Shown here piece after piece: positions 36,934 through 47,867 of a stretch of 64,000 bases of DNA. The stretch comes from Anthoceros angustus (taxonomy: Eukaryota; Plantae; Anthocerotophyta), in NCBI GenBank assembly GCA_010909165.1, contig VJWM01000025.1, positions 2,976,001 through 3,040,000 of the forward strand, written 5' to 3'. Made by a program: the position numbers and the translations under genes. Each line of letters opens with the position of its first letter. Positions within the stretch are counted from its first letter, which is position 1. The notes under the pieces are model-generated. The model saw only the letters and a program-made list of their open reading frames with translations. It was not told the DNA's origin and did no database searches.

Positions 36934-39900
36934 ATGGCTTGGAGGAGCCAATTGTTGGCAAACATGGAAGCTGCGAGGTGCAGCACCAAGTCTGCAGGGA
37001 ACGAAAGGGAATTAGTGCCTGGAACCGTGAGCAGGCTGTGCCAGCAGGGCCATGTCACGGAGGCCGTCCAGGCTTTGGGAGTTTTGGTAGAGGCAGAGTG
37101 GTTTATTTCCAGGTCTCTATTTTACACAGTCCTGAAGAGATGTGTGGGAAAGAAGGATCTTATTCTGGGTCGCCGCGTCCATGCATTCATTGTGAAAACT
37201 GGGTATGAGTCGGATACGTTCCTGGGCAACCACATCCTGAGAATGTATGCTTCTCATGGTATGTGGCAGGAGGCGGTGGATGTGTTCAGCATGGTTGCTG
37301 AACCAGATGCCTTCATGTGGACTTCCATGATATCTGCAAATGTTAAACAGGGGCGATACGCAGAGGCCATTCACTTGTATCAGGAGATGCGGAGGTCAAG
37401 TGTGAAGCCAGATGGTCATGTGTTTGTGGCAGCCCTTCAGGCTTGTGCAAGGGGATCGGACTTGAAAGCTGGGCAGCAGGTGCATGCTGATATGCTGGCT
37501 AGTGGCGTTCAGTCTGATGTGTTTGTTGGTAGTTGCTTGGTGGACATGTATGCAAAATGTGGCAGCTTGGAAGACGCTCGAAGAGTGTTTGAGGGACTTG
37601 GTGAGAAAGATGTGGTGATGTGGAATGCGATGATAGCAGGGTATTCTCAGAAGGGCATGGGCCAGGAAGCCCTGCGTCTTTACAGTTCTATGCAAGAAGA
37701 AGGTGTGGCTGTCCCTAATTCTGTGACATATATTTCTCTCATGCAGGCTTGTGCGAGTGTGGGCGGCCCAGCGTTGGAGAAGGGGATGCAGCTTCAGACA
37801 CAAATTTTTGAACAAGGACATCAGGCCAATGTGTTTGTAGCCAGCAGTTTGTTGAACATGTATGCCAAGTGTGGCAGCTTGGAAGACGCTCGGGAAGTGT
37901 TTAATGCACTTGTAGAGAAAGATGTGGTGATGTGGAATACTATGATAGCAGGGTATTCCCAGAAGGGAATGGGCCAGGAAGCCCTTCGTCTTTACAGTGA
38001 TATGCGAGCAGATGGCACGGTGGAACCCAATTGCGGGACATTTGTGTCTCTCCTGCAGGCATGTGCAAGTGTGGGTACCCCAGCGCTGGAGAAGGGGAAG
38101 CAGCTTCATGCACAAATCAGAGAACAAGGACACCAAGCTGATGTGTTTGTAAGCAACAGTCTGGTAAACATGTATTCAAAGTGTGGCAGCGTGGAAGACG
38201 CCCAGAGAGTGTTTGAGGTACTTGGTCAGAAAGATGTGGGGACGTGGAATGCCATGATATCAGGATATGCCCAGGAGGACATGGGCCACAAAGCACTTTG
38301 TCTTTACAGTGCTATGCAAGAAGAAGGAATGGCTGTACCCGACGCCGTAACATTTGTCTGCCTCCTGCAGGCATGTGCAAGTGTGGGCTCCCCAGCTTTG
38401 GAGATGGGGAAGCAGCTTCATGCGCAAATCAGAGAACTAGGACATGATGCTGATGTGTTCGTATCCAGCAGTTTGGTGAATATGTACTCAAAGTGTGGTG
38501 GCTTGGAAGATGCTCGGAGAGTGTTTGAGGGACTTGATAAAAAAAATGTGGTTACATGGAATGCCATGATATCAGGGTATGCCCAGCTGGGCATGGGCCA
38601 GGAAGCACTTTGTCTTTACAGTGTCATGCAAGAAGAGGGCATAGCTGTACCTGATCCTGTGACATTTGTGTGCCTCCTGCAGGCTTGTGCAAGTTTGGGC
38701 ATGCAAGCTTTGGAGAAGGGGAAGCAGCTTCATGCGGAAATTAGAGACCGAGGACATGAATCTGATGTGTTTCTCGCCAGCAGTTTGGTGAACATGTACG
38801 CAAAGCTTGGCAGTTTGGACGAAGCTCAGAGACTGTGGGAGGGACTTGATCGAAAAGATGTGGTGACGTGGAATGCCATGATAGCAGGGTATGTCAAGCA
38901 GGGCCAGGGCCAGGAAGCCCTTTCTCTTTACTGTGATATGGAAGAAGGCATGCCTGTACCTGACTCTGTGACATTTGTTTGCCTCCTGCAGGCATGCGCA
39001 AATGTGGGCTCCCTGGCGCTGGACAAGGGGAAGCAGCTCCATGCACAAATCAGAGACCAAGGGCATCAGGCAGACGCGTTTGTTGCTAGCAGTCTGGTGA
39101 ACATGTATGCGAAGTGTGGCAGCTTGGAAGATGCTCAGAGGATGTTTGACGGACTTGGTGAAAAGGATGTTGTGACTTGGAATTCCTTAATTGGTGGGTA
39201 TTCCCAGCAGGGCATGGGCCAGGAAGCCCTTCGTCTCTACAAGGCTATGCAAGAAGAAGGGATCGCTGAACCTGATCCCATTACATTTGTGTGCCTTCTG
39301 CAAGCGTGTGCAAGTGTGGGAAACCCTGCATTGGAGCAGGGAAAGCAACTTCATACACTAATTAGTGAAGAGGGACACGAATCTGATGTTAATGTAGCCA
39401 ACAGTTTGGTGAACATGTATGCCAAGTGTGGGAGCTTGGAAGATGCTCGGAGAGTGTTTGAGGGACTTGGTCAAAAAGACGTGGTGACGTGGAATGCTAT
39501 GATATCAGGGTGTTCCCAGCAGGGCATGGGACAGGAGGCCCTTCGTCTTTACAGTGCAATGCAAGAAGAAGGATTGACTGTACCAGATTCTGTGACAATT
39601 GTGTGCCTCCTGCAGGGATGTGCGAACTTGGGCTACCCAGGATTGGAGAAGGGGAAGCAGCTGCACACAGTGATTGCAGAACAGGGGCTTCAAGCTGATG
39701 TGTTTGTTGCCAGCAGTTTGATCAATATGTATGCAAAGTGTGGCAGCTTAGAAGACGCTCAAAGAGTTTTTGAGGGACAATGCCAGACAAGTGTGGTGAT
39801 CTGGAATGCCATGATAGCAGGTTATTCCCGGCAAGGGATGGGCCAAGAAGCTCTTCGTCTTTTCAGTGCCATGGAAGAAGAAGGCATTGCCGTGCCAAAT

Positions 39901-41343
39901 GAGGTCACATTTGTGTGCCTCCTGCAAGCTTGTGCACGTGTGGGCACCCCAGCTTTGGAAAAGGGAAAGCAGATTCATGCGCAGATCATAGAGCAAGGAT
40001 ATCAATGTGATGCTTTTTTAGCCAACAGTGTGGTAAATATGTATGCAAAGTGTGGGAGCCTGGAAGATGCTCATAGTGTATTTGAGGAGCATGGGAACAA
40101 AGATGTGGTGACATGGAATGCCATGATATCAGGGTGTGTCCAGCAGGGCATGGGGCAGGAAGCCCTGGGTCTTTACAGTGCGATGCAAGAAGACGGCATG
40201 TCTGTGCCCGACTCCGTGACATTTGTGTCCCTCCTGCAGGCATGTGCAAGTGTGGGCACCCAAGCTCTGGAGAAGGGTAAGCAGCTTCATGCCGAAATCA
40301 GGGAACGAGGATACCATACCAATGTGTCTGTTGGCAACACATTGGTTGACATGTACTCAAAGTGCGGCAGCCTGGAGGACGCTCAGAGAGTGTTTGAGGG
40401 GCTTTCTGAAAAAGGTGTGGTGGCTTGGAATGCTTTGATTGCTGGGTATTCCCAGCAGGGCATGGGGCAGGAAGCCCTCTATCTCTACAGTGCTATGCAA
40501 GAAGATGCCATGGCTGTACCTGATTCCGCAACATTTGTGCACCTCCTGAAGGCGTGCGCAAATGTGGCAGCTTTGCATCCTGGAAGACACCTCCATGCCC
40601 AGATTGAAGAACAAGGGCTCCAAGTTGATGTCGTTGTAGCCAACAGTTTGATAAACATGTATGGAAAGTCTGGGAGCATGGCTGATGCACAGCAGGTGTT
40701 TGGTGCATTGCCTGAACGAAGTGTGGTTGCCTGGAATGCGCTTATTGTAGGATACAGCCAGCAAGGAGACAGTGATAAGGTCTTTGACTCGGTTATCAGA
40801 ATGGGAGAGGATGGCATACAGCCAGATGCCATCACGCTCCTAGGTGTATTAGTGGCATGCAGTCATACTGGTCTGTTGCACAAGGGGCAAGAGTGCTTGG
40901 AGTCTATGAGCACACACTACGGCATCACCCCCAGCTTGGAGCACTACAGTTGCGTGGTGGATCTCCTGGGCCGAGCAGGCCGACTGGATGAGGCACTGGC
41001 ATTGGTGAATACAATGCCTGTAGCACCTGACACTGTGGTTTGGCATACTCTCTTGGGGGCTTGTCGGAAGTGGAGCAATTTGGAGGTGGGATGCCGTGTT
41101 TTCGATCAAGCATTATCACTGGAACGGAAAGATCCTGCAGCATATGCGTTGATGTCCAACATATACAATGGTGCCCAGATGTGGGAGCAGGCACTGAAGA
41201 TGCAGGAGAGGAGAGTAAGAATGGGTGCATGGAAACAGCCGGGTCAGAGCTGGTGGACAGACATGGATGGAGTGGTGCATAGTTTCTTGGTCGGGGACAA
41301 CAAGAGCCAAGCAAGCCTCAATGAACATGCATTTCCTGAATGA
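36934..41343 (+). CDS. PLS-class PPR RNA-editing factor, ~38 PPR motifs + E1-E2 + WW-type PG box, no DYW deaminase (E+)
   Basis: Intronless. L-S, then 11 P-L-S triplets (~104 aa/312 bp period), then P2-L2-S2, E1, E2 and KQPGQSWWTDMDGVVHSFLVGD, with a stop 16 aa later. The start could also be the ATG at 36811. Confidence 0.95.
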   Translation: MAWRSQLLANMEAARCSTKSAGNERELVPGTVSRLCQQGHVTEAVQALGVLVEAEWFISRSLFYTVLKRCVGKKDLILGRRVHAFIVKTGYESDTFLGNHILRMYASHGMWQEAVDVFSMVAEPDAFMWTSMISANVKQGRYAEAIHLYQEMRRSSVKPDGHVFVAALQACARGSDLKAGQQVHADMLASGVQSDVFVGSCLVDMYAKCGSLEDARRVFEGLGEKDVVMWNAMIAGYSQKGMGQEALRLYSSMQEEGVAVPNSVTYISLMQACASVGGPALEKGMQLQTQIFEQGHQANVFVASSLLNMYAKCGSLEDAREVFNALVEKDVVMWNTMIAGYSQKGMGQEALRLYSDMRADGTVEPNCGTFVSLLQACASVGTPALEKGKQLHAQIREQGHQADVFVSNSLVNMYSKCGSVEDAQRVFEVLGQKDVGTWNAMISGYAQEDMGHKALCLYSAMQEEGMAVPDAVTFVCLLQACASVGSPALEMGKQLHAQIRELGHDADVFVSSSLVNMYSKCGGLEDARRVFEGLDKKNVVTWNAMISGYAQLGMGQEALCLYSVMQEEGIAVPDPVTFVCLLQACASLGMQALEKGKQLHAEIRDRGHESDVFLASSLVNMYAKLGSLDEAQRLWEGLDRKDVVTWNAMIAGYVKQGQGQEALSLYCDMEEGMPVPDSVTFVCLLQACANVGSLALDKGKQLHAQIRDQGHQADAFVASSLVNMYAKCGSLEDAQRMFDGLGEKDVVTWNSLIGGYSQQGMGQEALRLYKAMQEEGIAEPDPITFVCLLQACASVGNPALEQGKQLHTLISEEGHESDVNVANSLVNMYAKCGSLEDARRVFEGLGQKDVVTWNAMISGCSQQGMGQEALRLYSAMQEEGLTVPDSVTIVCLLQGCANLGYPGLEKGKQLHTVIAEQGLQADVFVASSLINMYAKCGSLEDAQRVFEGQCQTSVVIWNAMIAGYSRQGMGQEALRLFSAMEEEGIAVPNEVTFVCLLQACARVGTPALEKGKQIHAQIIEQGYQCDAFLANSVVNMYAKCGSLEDAHSVFEEHGNKDVVTWNAMISGCVQQGMGQEALGLYSAMQEDGMSVPDSVTFVSLLQACASVGTQALEKGKQLHAEIRERGYHTNVSVGNTLVDMYSKCGSLEDAQRVFEGLSEKGVVAWNALIAGYSQQGMGQEALYLYSAMQEDAMAVPDSATFVHLLKACANVAALHPGRHLHAQIEEQGLQVDVVVANSLINMYGKSGSMADAQQVFGALPERSVVAWNALIVGYSQQGDSDKVFDSVIRMGEDGIQPDAITLLGVLVACSHTGLLHKGQECLESMSTHYGITPSLEHYSCVVDLLGRAGRLDEALALVNTMPVAPDTVVWHTLLGACRKWSNLEVGCRVFDQALSLERKDPAAYALMSNIYNGAQMWEQALKMQERRVRMGAWKQPGQSWWTDMDGVVHSFLVGDNKSQASLNEHAFPE

Positions 41344-42235
41344 AGAACGAACTTCTCACATCTTGCCTTTTCAGTCCTTCGGTTGTCAACTGAGTTCTTT
41401 CGACGATATTCCTATCTTGCCTCCTCACCCACATCCGGTTAACCACTTCACTTCTTTTGATGCTGTTCCCTTTGATGTATCCATCCGGGCTGCATGGTGC
41501 TTTTTTAGCATGTGCACATCATAGAAAGCACAAATTTCAAGATCATGGCATGCGAAAATGGTAAGATAATGGCGTCCAAGACGATTTGTGGCCGGGAGGC
41601 AAAGCAATTGTATGCTGGGCAGCTTTGGTAACAGCAAATGAGCAGAAGAGGTCAGGAGTCAAAATCTAGGACAAGTCTTAGTTCCACTCATTCTGATTTA
41701 GTGAGGTAGAGATCAGGACTGGAGCGGAGTGATGCAGAGATCATCAAGTAGCGGAGAGAGATTGAGATTTGCCATCTAAGTAAACACGAGGAAACGAGAG
41801 CATGCGCGGTTCCCAACGCAGCACTACAGCAAGTTGGAACGTCGTTTTGGAAAGCAGCTCCGGTTGCAGAAACAGCATCAGAAACTATGCCTGCCTGGTG
41901 AACGTTAAGATGCTCTGAAATAACTTGTGCTCCCTCTCTTGGATCGTAGGCACGCCATCGTCTGGTCCCATCTGGTGTACCTTGTATGTTCCAATGTGCA
42001 TATGATATGCTCTCTGATGCTGTGGACACCCTTCTCAAGGCCGCATTACCTTTGTCTGAGATCACAAATTCGACGAAGAACTGTCCGGACACTGCAGCGC
42101 GAAGACTGTGGACGACCTCAAGCTCCTACAGGTCCACCGAAATACGTGAAGATCTCGGTTCCCGCCACGAATGGAAAGGATGGCGTCATTCTCACGTCCT
42201 TGACATGAAGATTCTCATTAGCCCAGCCCATACAT

Positions 42236-42483
42236 TAAAGTAATGCGAACTTGAACACAAAAGGATGATTTCATTGATGAGCGCAAGCGCTATTTATACA
42301 GAGTGTGAGTGTGGCGGTTGTAACCGCTGGGCATGTTGAGTGCCCATAACCGTTCTCACATAACGGCGACGAGGTAAATGCTACTAGCATGCTATCTACC
42401 ACACTCAATGCCTGCTTATGTCACAGCGTGTGAACGGTGCCCTAAGAGGTGCGTACCAGCGCAGACAGCGTCAGGTCACAACA
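42236..42483 (-). repeat. 3' LTR
   Basis: Direct repeat of 47868-48115, preceded on the minus strand by the PPT gagggggag (42484-42492). Confidence 0.97.
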
Positions 42484-42842
42484 CTCCCCCTCGCTGCAAG
42501 CTGGGCGCAGTCGAAGCTGAGTGATGTCGAAGATGGCTTCAATTCCCTATGCTGGCCTTCAGCTGGTTTTGAGCGTCTTAGCTGCAGTATGGTGGCTTCT
42601 CCAGCTGAGGTCTCTCGTCGTCGATGCCATTGCTGACAGAGTGACGGAGATCTCAAGAACTGAAATGGCCAGGCATAAAAAGCTGAAAGAAAACTCCGCT
42701 CGCGTGAGACGTAGGCATAAGGCTTCACAGTCTGAGAACAATTCAGGATGGCGTTGAAATAACCCCTCCCGGCGGACAATGAGGATGTTGTATACTGAGA
42801 TACTGGCCGCTCAGAACCCCAGCTGTTTGAGCTGTGAAATCT

Positions 42843-45800
42843 TCAGTGTCCTTTGCCTGGAGCCGGAAGATTTGCTCCCCCTCCATGATAAGTCTCTCGT
42901 GCTGTTAACCCTATGGCCTGCACATGCCGCTCGTGAGGTGCCTTTGAGAGTCCTTTCGTGAGCAAGTCGGCGGTGTTGTCCTCCGTTGCTACGTAGCTGA
43001 GGGTGACTTGCTTGCTGCTCACAACTTGCCGGATGAAATGGTGTTGTATCTCGACATGCTTAGTCCTAGCATGCAGCACAGGGTTGAGTGTCATCGCAAT
43101 AGCTGATTGATTGTCGCACTTGAGTACTGTGGGTTGATACTGCTCTTCGTTGATGTCATGCAGGAATTGTCGTATCCAAAGAATCTCCTTTGCTGCCAGT
43201 GAGGTTGCGGCATACTCTGCCTCGGTGGATGAGAGGCACACCGTGGGCATCTTCTTGCATGCCCAGGAAACAAGTGAGCTGTTGATCATTGTACAGTATG
43301 CAGCAGTCGACTTTCTCGCATCGGGATCGCCAGCCCAGTCTGCATCTGAGAAACATGTGAGTACAAGCTTGCTGCTGTTATCTGACCTGTAGGGCAGTCC
43401 GAGGGATCTGGTTCCTTTTAAGTATCTGAGGATTCGTTTGACGCATGTCCAGTGGGCTTTACCAGGATTGGAAAGATACCTAGATGCTATATTGACGGCT
43501 TGAGAGATGTCTGGACGTGTCCAGATTGCTAAGTACAGCAAACTACCTACAGCTTCACTATAAGGTATGGACCTCATTTCCTCAACTTCTTCGGGTGTAA
43601 CTGGACAATCTTCTACTGACACTTTCTCACCTGCAGCTATGGGTGTAGTGACAGGTCTGGCATCTCTGAGGTTGAACCTGTCCAGTAACTGGTCTACGTA
43701 ATGCTGCTGGTGAATGAAGAAGGAATGGTCTGCTGTGTTCCTCTCGAACTGGACGCCTAAGGCATACTTCAGAGGGCCTATATCGACAATCTCGTACTCT
43801 TTGGCAAGTAGATCTTTTACATACTGAATGATCTGTGGGCAGCTGCCAAAAATAAAATTATCATCGACGTACAGGGTTATTATAACAAAATGCTCTTTCT
43901 GTCTAAGAAGGTAGACACTTGGGTCTGCAGCTAGAGGTGAGAAGCCAGACTTCTTTAAGTACAGGTCTACAGTTTCATTCCATACCTGAGCGGACTGTTT
44001 TAGTCCGTAAAGAGACTTCATAAGCTTACAGACCTTCTTGCTGTCCTTAATGTAGCCAGGGGGCTGAAGCATGTAGATGTCTTCATTGAGTGTACCATAT
44101 AGGAAAGCAGTTTTCACGTCGACTTGATGGATGTCCAGGCCGTGGAGGGCTGCGAGGGCTAAAAGTATCCGGATTGATGTCGACTTGACAACGGGGCTGT
44201 AAAGTCGGTTCTCCTCGTAGTCAAAGCCGGGGACTTGGCTGAAGCCTCGGGCAACTAGCCTTGCCTTGTACCTTGATACAGTGCCGTCTGGATTCAGTTT
44301 CTTTCTGAATGTCCATTTGCATGATATTGGCTTGCGGCCTGGTGGTAGGTCGGTGAGTATCCATGTTTTGTTGGCAATCAATGAATCATATTCAGATTTT
44401 GCTGCTGCTGTCCACTCGGGGGTCTTGAATGCTTCCTCAATTGACTGAGGCACATCCTGCATTTCAATTGCTGACATTGCTTGATGTAAGGCCACATTGA
44501 CCTGATGAGTGTTCTGCTGTTGCTGTTGTACGTCCTCTGGAGCTGGATCTGGAGATAAAGCAGCAGAGGCTCTACCAGTGGTTGAGTCTCCAGGCCAGTG
44601 ATAGGCATCCTTCCAGCTAGATCGAGGAGGACGGTGACGGGTAGACCGTCTAAGTGGGGGCTCAGCAGGCTCAGAAGGTAAGGGTTCCTCCGGTACAGGG
44701 TGCTGGTCAGGTTCAGGGACATCTGGTAAAAAGGGTTCTAGCAGTTCTGGTTGAAGTAATGGCTGACCTATATCTTGTGGTGCAGGTGGTATTGGTGCTG
44801 GGACAGGACCCGGTGGCTAGGCTGGTGGAGGTGCTTGAATTGGAGCCTGATGACCTGTTTGGCCTTGCACATCAACATATTCGTAATCTGTTGGGTTATA
44901 AGTGTCCCCCTCAAGGTCAGAAAGGGAAGAAGGTGAATGACCATGAAGACGAGGAGCAGGGAGAGGTGTGGAGCTGGACACTGATTGCAGATAAGTGTTA
45001 AGCAAGAGGGCTTCATGGAAGTGAACACTACGGGATAGAGTTACCTGACGAGTGGAGGGATCAATCAAGCGATAGGCTTTAGATTGGTCAGAGTAACCGA
45101 TAAACAGCAGCTTCTTACTTTTGTCGTCCCATTTCTTGCGTAGGTCAGCTGGGATGTGGGCGAATGCTGGGCTGCCAAAAATGCGGAGATGTGATATACG
45201 GGGCTTTTGCCCTGTCCAGCGCTCATATGGAGTGACACTTAAAAGCTCCTTTGTTGGCAGTCGATTCTTGATGTAGTTTGCTGTTGAGACAGCCTCAGCC
45301 CAGTATCCTTGTGTGAGGCCGGCCAGCTTGAGTAATGATCGAGAAATTTCCAGCAATGATCTGTTAAGCCTTTCGGCAAAGGGATTCTGTGTTGGCGTGT
45401 ATGGTACTGTGAGCTGCCGGGTGATGCCCTTAGCTGTGCAGTACGCCTGAAAGGAGTGGCTGATATATTCGCCGGCATTGTCAGTTCTGAGAGTGCTGAC
45501 TGGAAGTCCAGTGTGCCGTTCTGCCATGGCGACAAACTCCTGGAAGCATTGGAGGGCCTGGTCCTTGTGCTTAAGAAAGTAGATGTGGCTATACCGGCTC
45601 CATTCGTCCAGGAAGGTCAGAAAATAAGAATGGCCACCGAAAGAGGTTGTGCTCATGGGGCCACAGATGTCTGAGTGCACGACTTCAAGCAAGCGTTTTG
45701 CTCGTGTGGGTAAGGGATCATTAAAAGGTGACTGATTCAGCTTTGTGTATTGGCAGATTTCACAGTACATGTCTGGGGACATCTTTGCTGAGATTGGATC

Positions 45801-47354
45801 TCTGTACATGGCAGGGTTTGACAGGGAGTTGAGGTAACGAGAACTCATGTGACCAGCTCGACAATGCCAAAGGAGGGAGTCCGACTTGGATAGAGACTTA
45901 GAAGATGACTTTTGGGCATCTACCAACAGGGAAGTTGACTGGATGTTTAGGAGATAAAGATCGTTGAATGGGAGACCGTGTGCAAGAGTGGTTCTGGAAG
46001 GGTCATTAAGTTTGTGAATAAGACAGTGATTACCCTGGAATGTGATGACCAAGTTGTGCTCGGTTGCCAATTTGCGTACTGATAAGAGGTTCTTTGTCAT
46101 GCTGGGAACGTGCAGAACTCCGGTGATGAGAAGGTGTTCGCCGTTTGAGAGCTGCAGTGAGACGTTGCCGGTGCCTGCTACTGCCAGGGCGCTGTCGTCT
46201 CCTAGAAGGACATGCTGATGTGCTGGTGAATCGTGGTAAGATTCGAAAGCCTCCTTGCTGCAGCAAATGTGAGTGGTTGCACCCGAATCCAGGAACCATC
46301 TGTTTTCTTCTGTCCTGGTAAGTGTCAGGCATACAGCGAGCACAGATGTAGGTGAAGTTGTCTTGACACTGGTGAAGTGTGACTCATTTCTAGGTGCATC
46401 GCGGCGTGGCTCGCCGGCAAGTTTCTTCCTACACTCATTCTCGTAGTGCCCGGGAATTCGGCACCAATTACAGGGGCCTTTGGTCCTCTTGTCGGGCTGT
46501 CTGCCGCCACTGGAGAATGATTGGGAAGAGGGTCTTCGTGCCTGGAAGTTGCTGCGGCCGCTGCCTCTCCTGGCTCCGCGTCCTCTTGTGGTAAATAACG
46601 CGTGAGTGCTCGACGGTGCTGACTTGTGATTTGCAGTTCTGCTGGACTCCTCTTCAAGAAGGGCTGCAACCACCTCTGTGAGCGTGTAATTGGGCTGCTG
46701 TCCTGCTGCAGTTGCATTAATAGCTGCTCGGATTGCTGAGTTCTGTGCGCTGATAAATGTTCTGTACGCAGGTGGCAAGGAGGTTAGGAGGGCCACTGCA
46801 GCTTGGTGTTCGGAGATAACGGTACCTCCTGAAGCCAGCTTTGCTCGGAGAGATCGAAACAGGTTCACATGCTGTTCGACTGTGTCCGAGTCCTTCATTC
46901 GTAGTGAATAAAACTGTCTGGTTGCGTTGATTAAGGACATGCTGCTTTGGGCCTGAAACATGTCCTTGAAGGTCCTCCAGATGGCGTTGGAAGTGGTTTG
47001 GCCACTTGTGTGGTGCATCATGCTCTTGTCGATGGCTGAGATCAAGATGCTACGGGCGCGCTTGTCCTTTTTAATCCAGGCTGCAACTTGATCAGCAGTT
47101 GCAGGAGGATTTGCAGTGATGGAGGGTTGGGCGACAGTACCGTCGACTATCCCCATGAGATCATGCTCTTCTAGCAGCGCGGTGATGCGCATCTGCCAGA
47201 TGTCATAGTCGCTTCCTGTGAAGCGGTCTCGGTCTCGGAATTCGACCTTAGTTGTATTCACGATTTGAGTCATGGGTGTTCGCTGTGCAAGATGGGTGAG
47301 TTTCTTGGCGAGCAACTTGGTTGTATGCTGACCTAAAGGGTCGAAATGGGGCAT
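42843..47354 (-). CDS. Copia Gag-Pol polyprotein, one frame, interrupted by a single TAG at 44817-44819
   Basis: CNWCRIPGHYENEC knuckle; WFLDSGAT protease; WHCRAGH...CEIC and HSDICGP/TDNAGEY/ERLNR integrase; PLRRSTR; YKARLVARGF, LYGLKQS, LYVDD RT; SDADWAG, CDNQSA RNase H. Start at ATG 47354 or 47273. Confidence 0.95.
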
Positions 47355-47855
47355 TCGCCACCTCAAAGTGCATTTGATTCGTTGTTGATGTGTTCTGGCA
47401 GGCTGGAGATGGCAACGACAAGGGCCTCCATCTGCGATTTTATTAGTACTAGCTGACTCTTGAGGTAATCCTCGGATGAGGTTACGGGATTACGGAATGC
47501 TGGCGAGGTCGCACTGCTGCGGTATGGAGGTAGGATCGTCACTCTGTGAATTTTTGATGGGCCTCTTACTTCAGGTCGAGAGCTTGACTGGCTGATGAAA
47601 GTGTCTGCACAACGGGCGCAGATCCGCTCCGGTGGTGTTGAGAGTTGCACTCGGCGAGGTGGTGAGCGCGCAATTCTGCTCGGGGCGTTCCTGCTGGGGG
47701 CGAAACTCGCTGGGGTGCGTCGCCGAGGCATGGTAGCCTACTTAGGATCGATGAAGTTCGCTGCCGTTGCTCCGGGCGCGCTCCATGCTGAATGGCTGTT
47801 GGAAGCCAGGCGCGGGGCGCGCTTGAGAAGCCGAACGGGGCGCAACTTGAAGATG

Positions 47856-47867
47856 GCTCTGATACCA
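47856..47867 (-). promoter_or_regulatory. Primer-binding site complementary to initiator tRNA-Met
   Basis: TGGTATCAGAGC immediately after the 5' LTR. Confidence 0.95.

Noticed and set aside
41344-41640. Possible degenerate DYW domain after the PPR stop (RKHKFQD; SKTICGRE)
   Set aside because: Fragments are in the wrong order and in different frames, with no HxE or CxxC; consistent with chance.
10783-44819. Idea that the premature TAG stops (CRTAC1-like, F-box, copia) are repaired by U-to-C editing
   Set aside because: Such editing is known only in organelles; the F-box site would need A-to-G; these loci show other decay or ordinary C-to-T mutation.
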